A stretch of DNA of 63,740 nucleotides, filler included, from Babesia bigemina (lineage: Eukaryota): NCBI RefSeq assembly GCF_000981445.1. It is 15 parts of 15 records of this genome, joined end to end, with 100 filler letters (N's around TTAATTAATTAA, not from the genome) between each part and the next. Parts side by side here need not be neighbours in the genome. Positions count along the whole stretch, not along the records: positions 23,177 to 26,295 come from NW_012236988.1; positions 26,396 to 29,747 come from NW_012236989.1; positions 29,848 to 33,151 come from NW_012236990.1; positions 33,252 to 37,561 come from NW_012236991.1; 11 more parts are not named here. One strand, written 5' to 3'. Both the position numbers and the translations under genes were made by a program. Shown here in pieces: positions 23,631 to 34,926 of this stretch. A model generated the notes under the pieces. That model was not told the origin of the DNA, did no database searches, and was given only the letters and a program-made list of their open reading frames with translations. Numbering within the stretch: position 1 is the stretch's first letter; each line of letters opens with the position of its first letter.

Positions 23631-24281
23631 TCCACTCTACATCGCCCTTTTATCCACTCTACATCGCTCCTTTACCCACTCTACATCGCTCCTTTACCCA
23701 CTCTACATCGCCCCTTTGTCCACTCCACATCGCTCCTTATCCACTCTACATCGCCCCTTTACCCACTCCACATCGCCCCTTAACCCACTCTTCATCGCTC
23801 CTTAACCCACTCTACATCGCTCCCTAACCCACTCTACATCGCCCCTTTATCCACTCTACATCGCCCCTTAACCCACTCTACATCGCCCCTTTATCCACTC
23901 TACATCGCTACCTAACCCACTCTACATCGCTCCCTAACCCACACTACATCGCTCCTTCATCCACCTTACATCGCCCTTTTAACCACTCTACATCGCCCTT
24001 TTAACCACTCTACATCGCCCCTTTATCCACTCTACATCGCTCCCTAACCCACCTTACATCGCTCCCTAACCCACTCTACATCGCCCCTTTATCCACTCTA
24101 CATCGCCCCTTAACCCACTCTACATCGCTCCTTTATCCACTCTACATCGCCCCTTTACCCACTCTACATCGCTCCCTAACCCACTCTACATCGCCCCTTT
24201 ATCCACTCTACATCGCCCCTTAACCCACTCTACATCGCCCCTTAACCCACTCTACATCGCTCCCTAACCCACTCCACATCC
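23631..24281 (+). repeat. 22-bp minisatellite
   Basis: Tandem C-rich 22-mers. Confidence 0.96.
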
Positions 24282-24475
24282 CCCGAATTACCTCGCCATA
24301 TTAACGCTATGACCTCTATAAACCACAATAATAACTTGTCCGTTGTCACCCTTCTCTTCCCTCTTCCACCTCTTGCCACTGCCCTGACCATGTCCCATCA
24401 TGTTCACCCTATCTCCAAATCCTCCGAATTTGCTCGTTTTATTAACGCTATGACCTCCATAAACCTTTATAATAA

Positions 24476-26295
24476 CTTGTTGATACTGACCATTCTCTCA
24501 CTGACGATGCTACTAGAAGAGCCTTGAAGGACATTGACTCCATGCTCATTAGCCTTGGTCACCTTGCTGGTCAACTTGGAGGATTTGTTGGTGAAAGTGA
24601 GAGTGTTAAGAAAGCCGTTGTGAAGGCTATTATCGCTAAAATTAACAGTCATGAAGAGCTTAAAAATGATTACTCTTCTCTTGTTACTAACCTTTCTGAG
24701 TCTGTCAAGTCTGGTGGCCAGTCTGATGACACCCAGAAAATTAGTGAGCTAAAAAGTAAAGTAACTCAAAAAATTGCCGAAATTACTGACCAAATTAAGT
24801 TACTTGAAAAGCCTAATAACCATCTTAATAATCTTCCTCCTTCCCCCTCTCCCTCTGCTGACTCAGCCAAATTGCGGTCCAAGTTGGAGGCTTTGGAGAA
24901 AGTGGAGAAGCTTTGTGATTTCTATACTAATTTTAATAATCCACAAAATGATCCTAAAAACCTCCTTGTTAATTTATGTGACGGCCTTCAGACTTTCCTC
25001 GGTTTCTCCTCTGACTCCAAAGGCTACACTGGCTCTGGGATTGTCTACTCCGACCTGGACAGGCTGTGTGACGCGGTGATGGGATTTTTGAGTGGTGTTC
25101 TCAATGCAGTGAAAGATGATGATGCAGTTAGAACGTACGATAAAGATATCAGTGGAGATAAAATTGATACAGTTATTAGCATGTTACAATCTTCAATTGG
25201 CTCCGGGCGTGATGGGCTTGTGGATGCTGTCGCCGCGGTGAAGGAGTGGTTGGAGGGGTATGGAAGTCAGTTAAACAATAAAATTACTGCAGTGAAAGAG
25301 CCCATAGAGGTCATGAAAAATTTAGTTGAACACGATAAAAATGAAATTAAAATAGAAAAAGACAAGAACCTTATTACGCAGGTGCAGGAATGGACCGAGC
25401 GAGCTGGGAGGTACGCATCGTATGCTGACAAGGCCAAAAAGGCTTTAAAAGATATTGATCCTACGCTATTAGGTAAGTTAAAGTGTAGCATTTCATTGCT
25501 GGTTCAGGCCACGGGAACGTTCAAGGCGGCGGCGGAGGATGGAGACCTGAAGGACGTGTATGAAGAGGCAGGTCAGAAAATGCATGAACTCCACGTATTT
25601 CTGGAAAAACGGTTTAAGACGTATACGTATAATTTACATAAATACTTGAAGGATCAAATTGGAGCATTGAATGGTGACCTTACAAACTTTAAAAATAAAC
25701 AATTCTCTCGGTTGTTTTCATCTATCAACATAGAGCTTTTCAATGCATTTAACACGGTTCAGACTGCGATTGAGAGACTTGAAACCAATTATCAAAGCAG
25801 AATCGTGGACGGGTTGAGTCCCATTGTAGAGAATGCAAAGCTGCTTAAAGGGAAGGTTGAAAGTGAGAAGGGTATCTTAAGGACACAAGTGACTAGTTTA
25901 GGTGACCGAATGAGTGCGCTCACTACGCTCTATAGGAGCGTTAATAGCGAGGTGCCGGACGAAGTAAATAAGTTTAAGAAAAGCGATGGATGGAGTGTGG
26001 AGCAGTATGTCGAGCAATTTAAGGTTACGATTAAAGATAAGATATCCGAGTATGTTACGGATGAATTATGTGATAAGATAACTGCTGCTCTTAAGAAATT
26101 CACTGATCCTATTGCAAATGACGAAGGAGATGTAGAGGGCTCTCTTGATGTGATTCAGAAGGCAGTTGTTACCTGTGCGGGAAAGTACAAAAATTTTGAA
26201 AACATAGTGAAAGTTTGGTTAAAACTATATTATTGACAAATGGCGAAATTAAAGGATCATTCGAAAAGTATTTAACAGGAAATGAAGGAAATTTG
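24476..26295 (+). CDS. ves: ves-family N-terminal fragment, 5'-truncated (entry class II)
   Basis: Frame opens after TAA at 24473 with DTDHSLTDDATRRALKDIDS.LISLGHLAGQL; GIVYSDLDRLCD motif. Probable 1-bp homopolymer frameshift near 26222. Confidence 0.78.
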
Positions 26296-26395
26296 NNNNN
26301 NNNNNNNNNNNNNNNNNNNNNNNNNNNNNNNNNNNNNNNTTAATTAATTAANNNNNNNNNNNNNNNNNNNNNNNNNNNNNNNNNNNNNNNNNNNN

Positions 26396-27312
26396 AGTGA
26401 CCTAGTGAGTGACCTAACGATGACCTAGTGCGTGACCTAGTGAGTGACCTAGGCCATAACCTAGTGAGTGACCTAACGATGACCTACGCGCTGACCTAGT
26501 GAGTGACCTAGGCCCTGACCTAGTGAGTGACCTAGGCCCTGACCTAGTGAGTGACCTAGGCCCTGACCTAGTGAGTGACCTAGCCGCTGACCTAGTGAGT
26601 GACCTAGGCCCTGACCTAGTGAGTGACCTAGTGAGTGACCTAGCCGCTGACCTAGTGAGTGACCTAGCCGCTGACCTAGTGAGTGACCTAGGCCCTGACC
26701 TAGTGAGTGACCTAGCCGCTGACCTAGTGAGTGACCTAGGCCCTGACCTAGTGAGTGACCTACGCGCTGACCTAGTGAGTGACCTAGGCCCTGACCTAGT
26801 GAGTGACCTAGGCCCTGACCTAGTGAGTGACCTAGGCCATAACCTAGTGAGTGACCTAACGATGACCTACGCGCTGACCTAGTGAGTGACCTAGGCCCTG
26901 ACCTAGTGAGTGACGTAGTGAGTGACCTACGCGCTGACCTAGTGAGTGACCTAGGCCCTGACCTAGTGAGTGACCTACGCGCTGACCTAGTGAGTGACCT
27001 AGGCCCTGACCTAGTGAGTGACCTAGGCCCTGACCTAGTGAGTGACCTAGGCCATAACCTAGTGAGTGACGTAGTGAGTGACGTAGTGAGTGACCTAGTG
27101 AGTGACCTAGTGAGTGACCTAGCCGCTGACCTAGTGAGTGACCTAGGCCCTGACCTAGTGAGTGACCTACGCGCTGACCTAGTGAGTGACCTAGGCCCTG
27201 ACCTAGTGAGTGACCTAGGCCCTGACCTAGTGAGTGACCTAGGCCATAACCTAGTGAGTGACCTAACGATGACCTAGTGAGTGACCTAGGCCCTGACCTT
27301 GTGAGTGACCAA
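26396..27312 (+). repeat. Third 12/24-bp satellite (GACCTAGTGAGT-GACCTAGGCCCT)n
   Basis: Alternating 12-mers, with recurrent GGCCATAACCTAGTGAGTGACCTAACGAT marking higher-order units. Confidence 0.96.
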
Positions 27313-27328
27313 GCACCTGACCACGTTA

Positions 27329-27847
27329 ATGGTCACAGCGGCGATGACATGGTTACGGCAGCGATGCATGGTTACGGCAGCGATGTCATGGTCACGGCAG
27401 CGATGACATGGTTACGGCAGCGGTGACATGGTTACGGCAGCGGTGACATGGTCACGGCAGCGATGTCATGGTCACGGCAGCGATGACATGGTTACGGCAG
27501 CGATGACATGGTCACGGCAGCGATGACATGGTCACGGCAGCGATGACATGGAAACAAGTGGTGATTATTATCCACTCTACATCGCCCCTTAACCCACTCT
27601 ACATCGCCCCTTAACCCACTCTACATCGCCCCTTTACCCACTCCACATCGCTCCCTAACCCACTCTACATCGCCCCTTAACCCACTCTACATCGCCCCTT
27701 AGTCCACTCTACATCGCTCCTTTATCCACTCTACATCGCTCCTTTATCCACTCTACATCGCTCCTTTACCCACTCTACATCGCCCCTTAACCCACTCTAC
27801 ATCGCCCCTTTACCCACTCCACATCGCTCCTTATCCACTCTACATCC
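27329..27847 (+). repeat. 20-bp satellite (27329-27551) and 22-bp minisatellite (27571-27847)
   Basis: Same order and junction (AGTGGTGATTATTATCCACTC) as other spacers. Confidence 0.95.
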
Positions 27848-27908
27848 TTCGAATCATCTCGCCATATTACCGCTATGACCTCTTTAGACCACAATAATAA
27901 CTTGTGCC

Positions 27909-29747
27909 TTGTCACCCTTCCCTTCCCTTCTGACTGAGTCCATCGACTGGTTGATCCAGGTTAGGTATGGGAATGGTGAGGGTGATAAGGGTCTTGACCA
28001 GTTGGCCAAAGCTCTGAAAAAGTTGATTGAGGAGGCTATTGAGAAGGCTAAAAAGAGTCTTGAAGCCGAAAAATCTAAACTTGAATGCCCTGTTAAGTAT
28101 AAGGGAAATGAGTCCACTTGCCAGTATTATGATAGGCTGATTAAGAATGCTAAGGATGCTAAAAATTCAAATCCTTCAAAAAATGGTTTTACTGAGGAAC
28201 AACTCAATGAAATGAAAAATAAATGCATTGCTTCCCACTCCCGTAATCAGGACTCTGCTACTAAAAAAGCTTTGGAGGACATTGAGTCCAAGTTGAAGCA
28301 GGTTAAAAATCTCCAAAAAAATCTTGAAGGATTGACTGACCAAAACAGTTGTCAAAAGCTGTTAGAGAATCTTTGTGCCGGCCTCGAAACCTTCCTCGGC
28401 TTCAACAAAGACTCCAAAGGCTACGACGGCTCTGGGATAGTGTACTCCGACTTGGATAGGCTGTGTGACGGGGTGATGGGATTTTTGAGTGGTGTGCTTG
28501 GTGCGGTGAAAAACGAAAATGAAGTGATAACTTATGATAATAATCTTCAAACAAAGCTTAAAGATGTACTAGACACCTTAAATACTAAAATTGGCCACGG
28601 CCGTGCTGGGCTTGCGGTGTCTGTCGCCGCGGTGAAGGGGTGGTTGGAGGGGTATGAAGGTGAAGTAGGCAAGAAGACGAAAGCAGTAACAGACAATATT
28701 ACGCATTTAATGAACGATTTGACACGTCACAAAGATAATATTGACAACGAAAAAATGTCTGATCTTTCCACGCAGATTCAAAATTGGACTGCACGCGCCG
28801 AGCAGTATAGACTTCACGTCGTAGCAGCGGAGAAGGACATGAAAAATCTTGACTCCAAGTTATTAGGTAAGTTGACTCCGAATATTCAAATGCTGTTTCA
28901 GGCCATGGAAACTTTCAAGGAGGCGGCGAAGGTTGAAGGCATGAAGGAGATGTACGATTTGGCAGATGCCAAAATGGATTACATTAAACATTACGTCACA
29001 AAGCAAGCTGGAAAACGTTCGGAGGAGATCGAAAATTATTTGAAAGATAGAGTGGGCAAGTTATATATTAAGCTCGATAACATGAAGCAGAATGAATTTA
29101 ACATGCTGCTACTCTCCTTGGACAAGGATGCTGCGGTTGCATTCAACAAAGTTAATTATAATATGAATAGTATTCTAAATAGATATGGAAAGGATATCGT
29201 GAAAGAGGTAGAAGGTATTCTGGCGGCTGCGGGCAGGCTTAAAGGAGAAATTCAAGCTGAGAAGGAGAAACTTAAAATGCAGGTGAAACAGTTGGGTCTC
29301 CGTATTGAATTTTTTCGAGGAATTTTTGGAGGCGTTAAAGCGGAGGTGGTGGAAGATCAAAGTGGTATTGAGCATACGTTAAAATTAACTGACGCCATCA
29401 AAGGGCTTACCCAGCAGGTTGTCCAAAACGTGCAAGGATATGTTTCAGCCACGTTGCCCAGCGAACTTCAGGCAGCGCTTAGGGAGATGACTGATGGGAT
29501 TGCTAAGGCTGAGAAGAGTGTCGCGAAGGAAGATGGGCATTTAGATAAGATCGCCAATAAAGCAGAAAGTTATGCAAAATCGTTTGAGGGGGAGGCGTTT
29601 GGGAGTATAGTGGAGGAATGGATTTATGAAATTCTGCAGAATGTTATGGTTAAACATTGGTTTGATGCATATGCTAGTAATAACAATGGTAGACTGACTG
29701 AATCATATCACAGCGCTGTGAAAACTGGCCTAAGTAGTGAGCAATTT
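27909..29747 (+). CDS. ves: ves-family N-terminal fragment lacking an in-frame start (entry class I)
   Basis: LTESIDWLIQVRYGNG...GIVYSDLDRLCDGVMGFLSGVL. The leader ATG at 27875 is out of frame. Confidence 0.8.
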
Positions 29748-29847
29748 NNNNNNNNNNNNNNNNNNNNNNNNNNNNNNNNNNNNNNNNNNNNTTAATTAAT
29801 TAANNNNNNNNNNNNNNNNNNNNNNNNNNNNNNNNNNNNNNNNNNNN

Positions 29848-31855
29848 TCCACTCTACATCGCCCCTTTACCCACTCTACATCGCCCCTTTACCCACTCTA
29901 CATCGCTCCTTTATCCACTCTACATCGCTCCTTAACCCACTCCACATCGCTCCTTTAACCACTCTACATCGCTCCTTTATCCACTCTACATCGCCCCTTT
30001 ATCCACTCTACATCGCCCCTTTACCCACCCTACATAGCCCCTTAACCCACTCTACATCGCCCCTTTACCCACCCTACATCGCTCCTTAACGCACTCTACA
30101 TCGCCCCTTACCCACTCTACATCGCCCCTTTATCCACTCTACATCGCCCCTAACTCCACTCTACATCGCCCCTTTAACTACTCTACATCGCCCCTTTATC
30201 CACTCTACATCGCTCCTTTATCCACTCTACATCGCCCCTTAACCCACTCTACATCGCCCCTTTATCCACTCTACATCGCTCCCTAACCCACTCTACATCG
30301 CCCCTTTATCCACTTTACATCGCTCCCTAATCCACTCTACATCGCTCCCTAACCCACTCTACATCGCCCCTTTAACTACTCTACATCGCCCCTTTATCCA
30401 CTCTACATCGCTCCTTTATCCACTCTACATCGCCCCTTAACCCACTCTACATCGCCCCTTAGTCCACTCTACATCGCTCCTTTATCCACTCCACATCGCC
30501 CCTTTATCCACTCTACATCGCCCCTTTCTCCACTCCACATCGCCCCTTTATCCACTCTACATCGCCCCCTTATCCACTCTACATCGCCCCTTCATCCACT
30601 CCACATCGCTCCCTAACCCACTCTACATCGCCCCTTTATCCACTCTTCATCGCTCCCTAATCCACTCTACATCGCTCCTTTATCCACTCTACATCGCTCC
30701 TTTATCCACTCTACATCGCTCCCTTATCCACTCTACATCGCCCCTTAACCCACTCTACATCGCTCCTTTTACCACTCTACATCGCCCCTTAACCTCCTCT
30801 AATCGCTCCCTAACCCACTCTACATCGCCCCTTTATCCACTCTACATCGCCCCTTTATCCACTCTACATCGCCCCTTTACCCACTCTACATCGCTCCTTT
30901 ATCCACTCCACATCGCTCCCTAACCCACTCTACATCGCCCCTTTATCCACTCTACATCGCTCCTTTATCCACTCCACATCGCCCCTTAATCCACTCTACA
31001 TCGCCCCTTAATCCACTCCACATCGCCCCTTAACCCACTCTACATCGCTCCCTAACCCACTCTACATCGCCCCTTAACCCACTCTACATCGCCCCTTAAT
31101 CCACTCCACATCGCCCCTTAACCCACTCTACATCGCTCCCTAACCCACTCTACATCGCCCCTTAACCCACTCTACATCGCTCCTTAACCCTCTCTACATC
31201 GCCCCTTTACCCACTCTACATCGCCCCTTAACCCACTTCACATCGCCCCTTTATCCACTCTACATCGCCCCTTTATCCACTCTACATCGCGCCTTATCCA
31301 CTCCACATCGCCCCTTTACCCACTCTACATCGCTCCTTTACCCACCTTACATCGCTCCCTAATCCACTCTACATCGCCCCTTAACCCACTCTACATCGCC
31401 CCTTTATCCACTCTACATCGCTCCCTAACCCACTCTACATCGCCCCTTTATCCACTCTACATCGCCCCTTTATCCACTCTACATCGCCCCTAACCCACTC
31501 TACATCGCTCCTTAACCCACTCCACATCGCTCCTTAACCCACTCTACATCGCCCCTTAACCCACTCTACATCGCTCCTTAACCCACTCTACATCGCCCCT
31601 AATCCACTCTACATCGCCCCTTAATCCACTCTACATCGCTCCCTAACCCACTCTACATCGCTCCTTTACCCACTCTACATCGCTCCCTAACACACTCTAC
31701 ATCGCCCCTTATCCACTCCTCATCGCTCCCTAATCCACTCTACATCGCCCCTTATCCACTCCACATCGCCCCTTAACCCACTCTACATCGCCCCTTAACC
31801 CACTCTACATCGCCCCTTTATCCACTCTACATCGCTCCTTTATCCACTCTACATC
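29848..31855 (+). repeat. 22-bp minisatellite (>=2 kb)
   Basis: About 90 tandem units. Confidence 0.98.
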
Positions 31856-31883
31856 CCTCGAATTACCTCGCCATTATACCGCT

Positions 31884-33151
31884 ATGACCTCTCTAAACCA
31901 TAGCAATAACTTGTGCCTTGTCACCCTTCACTTCCCCTCTTCCACCTCTTGCCACTGCCCTAACCATGTGCCGCCTAGGGAGCTTGACAAGAAATTTGAC
32001 AAAATTTAAAACCTTAAAAACACCTCAAATAATGACCCTACTAACATCCTTAATAACCTCTGCACCGGCCTCGAAACCTTCCTCGGCTTCAACTCTGAGT
32101 CCAAAGGCTACGATGGCACTGGGACTGTCTACTCCGACTTGGACAGGCTGTGTGACGGGGTGATGGGATTTTTGAGTGGTGTGCTTGGTGCGGTGAAAGA
32201 TGATCCAAGCGTTACTACGTACTATACTGGCATGGAAACAACACTCCAAAAAATTAAAGACAATATGCACAATCCTGGCGGATTGTCTGCGGCCGTTGAC
32301 GCTGTGAGCACGGCGCTGGGGGAGTGGGATGGAGAATTAAATAAAAGATGCACTGACGTAAAAAACTATTTTAATAATCTAAATTCTGACAAATTAACTC
32401 AATTTAATAATTCACTTAACGCACTTAATACATGTGAGCCTAGTGACGTGGCCGCCCGTTTGGGTGATTGCATAGAGAAGGCCAAGGACGTGTCCGACGC
32501 CTTCGACTGGGCTGAAGGAGCGTACAATCAGCTCGACAAATCGCTTACAGATAAGTCGAAAGATCTCGTAAATAACATAAAAGTGCAGGTGAAATCGTTC
32601 GTGGCGGCGGCAAAACATGAGGAGTTGAAGACGGTGGTAGAGACGGCGGGGAGGGAGCTCAAGACTCAGGAGACTCAAGTGATTGCTCACGCTACACATT
32701 GCATGACTCAAATGAGAGAGAGTCTTGATGAGCAAATGGTTACACTACTTAAAAATATAGATACCGCGAACAACAAATTGAAGCAGTGGCTGGCAGCGAT
32801 GGGAGAATGGATCAATGAAACAAAAACCTTTATTGCTGAATTACTGCAGAAACGCGCGGATGAAATATTGTATGAAGTGAATGAAGGTGCCGAAACTTGC
32901 AAGCGTAAGCAAGTAGCTCAAGCAATTCAGGTAAATGAATTAAATCTAGAAGGCGCTGTTGAAGACTTGGAGAGATGGAATACCGGAAGCTAGTGAAGTT
33001 GTAAAGAAAGGTCTGTGGAGATGCCATGACATATTGGATAGAACAAGTATGGATCTATCGCAGATATCGATTAACGCTAAGGAATTACAGGACAAAGCCG
33101 TTGAACTCCGAACGGCGGCAAACGCTGCGATTGAGAACATTAAGCAACACG
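31884..33151 (+). pseudogene. ves: ves-family N-terminal fragment with in-frame stop (entry class III)
   Basis: ATG at 31884 gives MTSLNHSNNLCLVTLHFPSSTSCHCPNHVPPRELDKKFDKI*(32007), then NLKN...LCTGLETFLGF. Additional frameshift near 32985. Confidence 0.78.
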
Positions 33152-33251
33152 NNNNNNNNNNNNNNNNNNNNNNNNNNNNNNNNNNNNNNNNNNNNTTAAT
33201 TAATTAANNNNNNNNNNNNNNNNNNNNNNNNNNNNNNNNNNNNNNNNNNNN

Positions 33252-33720
33252 GTAGAGTGGATAAGGAGCGATGTAGAGTGGGTTAAGGAGCGATGTAGAG
33301 AGGGTTAAGGGGCGATGTAGAGTGGATAAGGGGCGATGTAGAGTGGGTAAAGGGGCGATGTGGAGTGGGTAAAGGGGCGATGTAGAGTGGATAAAGGGGC
33401 GATGTGGAGTGGGTTAGGGAGCGATGTAGAGTGGGTTAGGGAGCGGTGTAGAGTGGGTTAGGGAGCGATGAAGAGTGGATTAGGGAGCGATGTAGAGTGG
33501 ATAAAGGGGCGATGTAGAGTGGGTAAATGGGCGATGTAGAGTGGGTTAAGGGGCGATGTAGAGTGGGTTAAGGGCGATGTAGAGTGGGTTAAGGGCGATG
33601 TAGAGTGGATAAAGGGGCGATGTGGAGTGGATAAGGAGCGATGTAGAGTGGATAAAGGGGCGATGTGGAGTGGATAAGGGGCGATGTAGAGTGGGTTAAG
33701 GAGCGACGTAGAGTGGATAA
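33252..33720 (-). repeat. 22-bp minisatellite
   Basis: Tandem G-rich 22-mers. Confidence 0.96.
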
Positions 33721-33732
33721 TAATCACCACTT

Positions 33733-34262
33733 GTGACCATGTCATCGCTGCCGTGTCCATGTCATCGCTGCCGTGACCATGTCATCGCTGCCGTAACCAT
33801 GTCATCGCTGCCGTCACCATGTCATCGCTGCCGTGTCCATGTCATCGCTGCCGTGACCATGTCATCGCTGCCGTGTCCATGTCATCGCTGTCGTAACCAT
33901 GTCATCGCTGCCGTGTCCATGACATCGCTGCCGTAACCATGTCATCGCTGCCGTGACCAAGAAATCGCTGCCGTAACCATGTCCTCGCTGCCGTGACCAA
34001 GAAATCGCTGCCGTAACCATGTCCTCGCTGCCGTGACCATGTCATCGCTGCCGTAGCCATGTCATCGCTGCCGTGATTATGTCATCGCTGCCGTGTCCAT
34101 TAACTGTCATCGCTGCCGTGTCCATGTCATCGCTGCCTTAACCATGTCATCGCTGCCGTGACCATGTCATCGCTGCCGTGACCATGTCATCGCTGCCGTG
34201 ACCATGTCATCGCTGCCGTGACCATGTCATCGCTGCCGTGACCATGTCATCGCTACAGTAAG
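33733..34262 (-). repeat. 20-bp satellite
   Basis: About 26 units with period 20. Confidence 0.96.
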
Positions 34263-34264
34263 CA

Positions 34265-34780
34265 TCAACTTAGCCTGTTTGCTAGGTTAGCACTTTGCCT
34301 GGGTGCTAGCTTAGCACGTTGCCTGGATGCTTGCTTAGCACTTTGCCTGAGTGCTAGCTTACCACTTTGCCTGTGTGCTAGCTTAGCACTTTGCCTGGGT
34401 GCTAGCTTAGCACTTTGCCTGGGTGCCAGCTTAGCACGTTGCCTGGGTGCTAGCTTAGCACTTTGCCTGGGTGCCAGCTTAGCACGTTGCCTGGGTGCTA
34501 GCTCAACACGTTGCCTGGGTGCTAGGTTAGCACTTCGCCTGTTTGCTAGGTCAGCACGTTGCCTGGATGGTAGGTCAACACGTTGCTTGTGTGCTTGCTT
34601 AGCACTTAACTTGGTTGCTACCTTACCACTTTGCCTGGTTGCTAGCTTAGCACTTTGCCTGGGTGCTAGCTTAGCACTTTGCCTGAATGCTAGCTTAGCA
34701 CTTTGCCTGGGTGCTAGGTTAACACGTAACTTGTGTGCTTGCTTAGCACTTAGCTTGGATGCTAGCTAAGCACTTAGCTT
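34265..34780 (-). repeat. 24-bp satellite (beta type)
   Basis: TTAGCACTTTGCCTGGGTGCTAGC tandem units. Confidence 0.95.
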
Positions 34781-34926
34781 TGTCTATCAGTCATAACCTA
34801 ATCTAGGTGCTATTTAGTTCACAGGTTGCCGCTAGAGTAATTCGAGACATTAGACTACGTTTGTTATTTAGGTGAGTAGGTGATTCGCTAAGTGAGTAGT
34901 TACGTGAATTACAAATGTGACGATGA

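Noticed and set aside
26396..27312. CRISPR-like repeat/spacer array, or SDLGPDLV repeat protein (ORFs 26499, 26882)
   Set aside because: No unique spacers, no cas genes, eukaryotic context. The ORFs start at GTG and arise from the 12-bp period.
31995..32015. Programmed -1 frameshift at AAATTTAAAA bypassing the conserved TAA
   Set aside because: The slippery heptamers lie in a frame whose -1 shift does not enter the ves frame.
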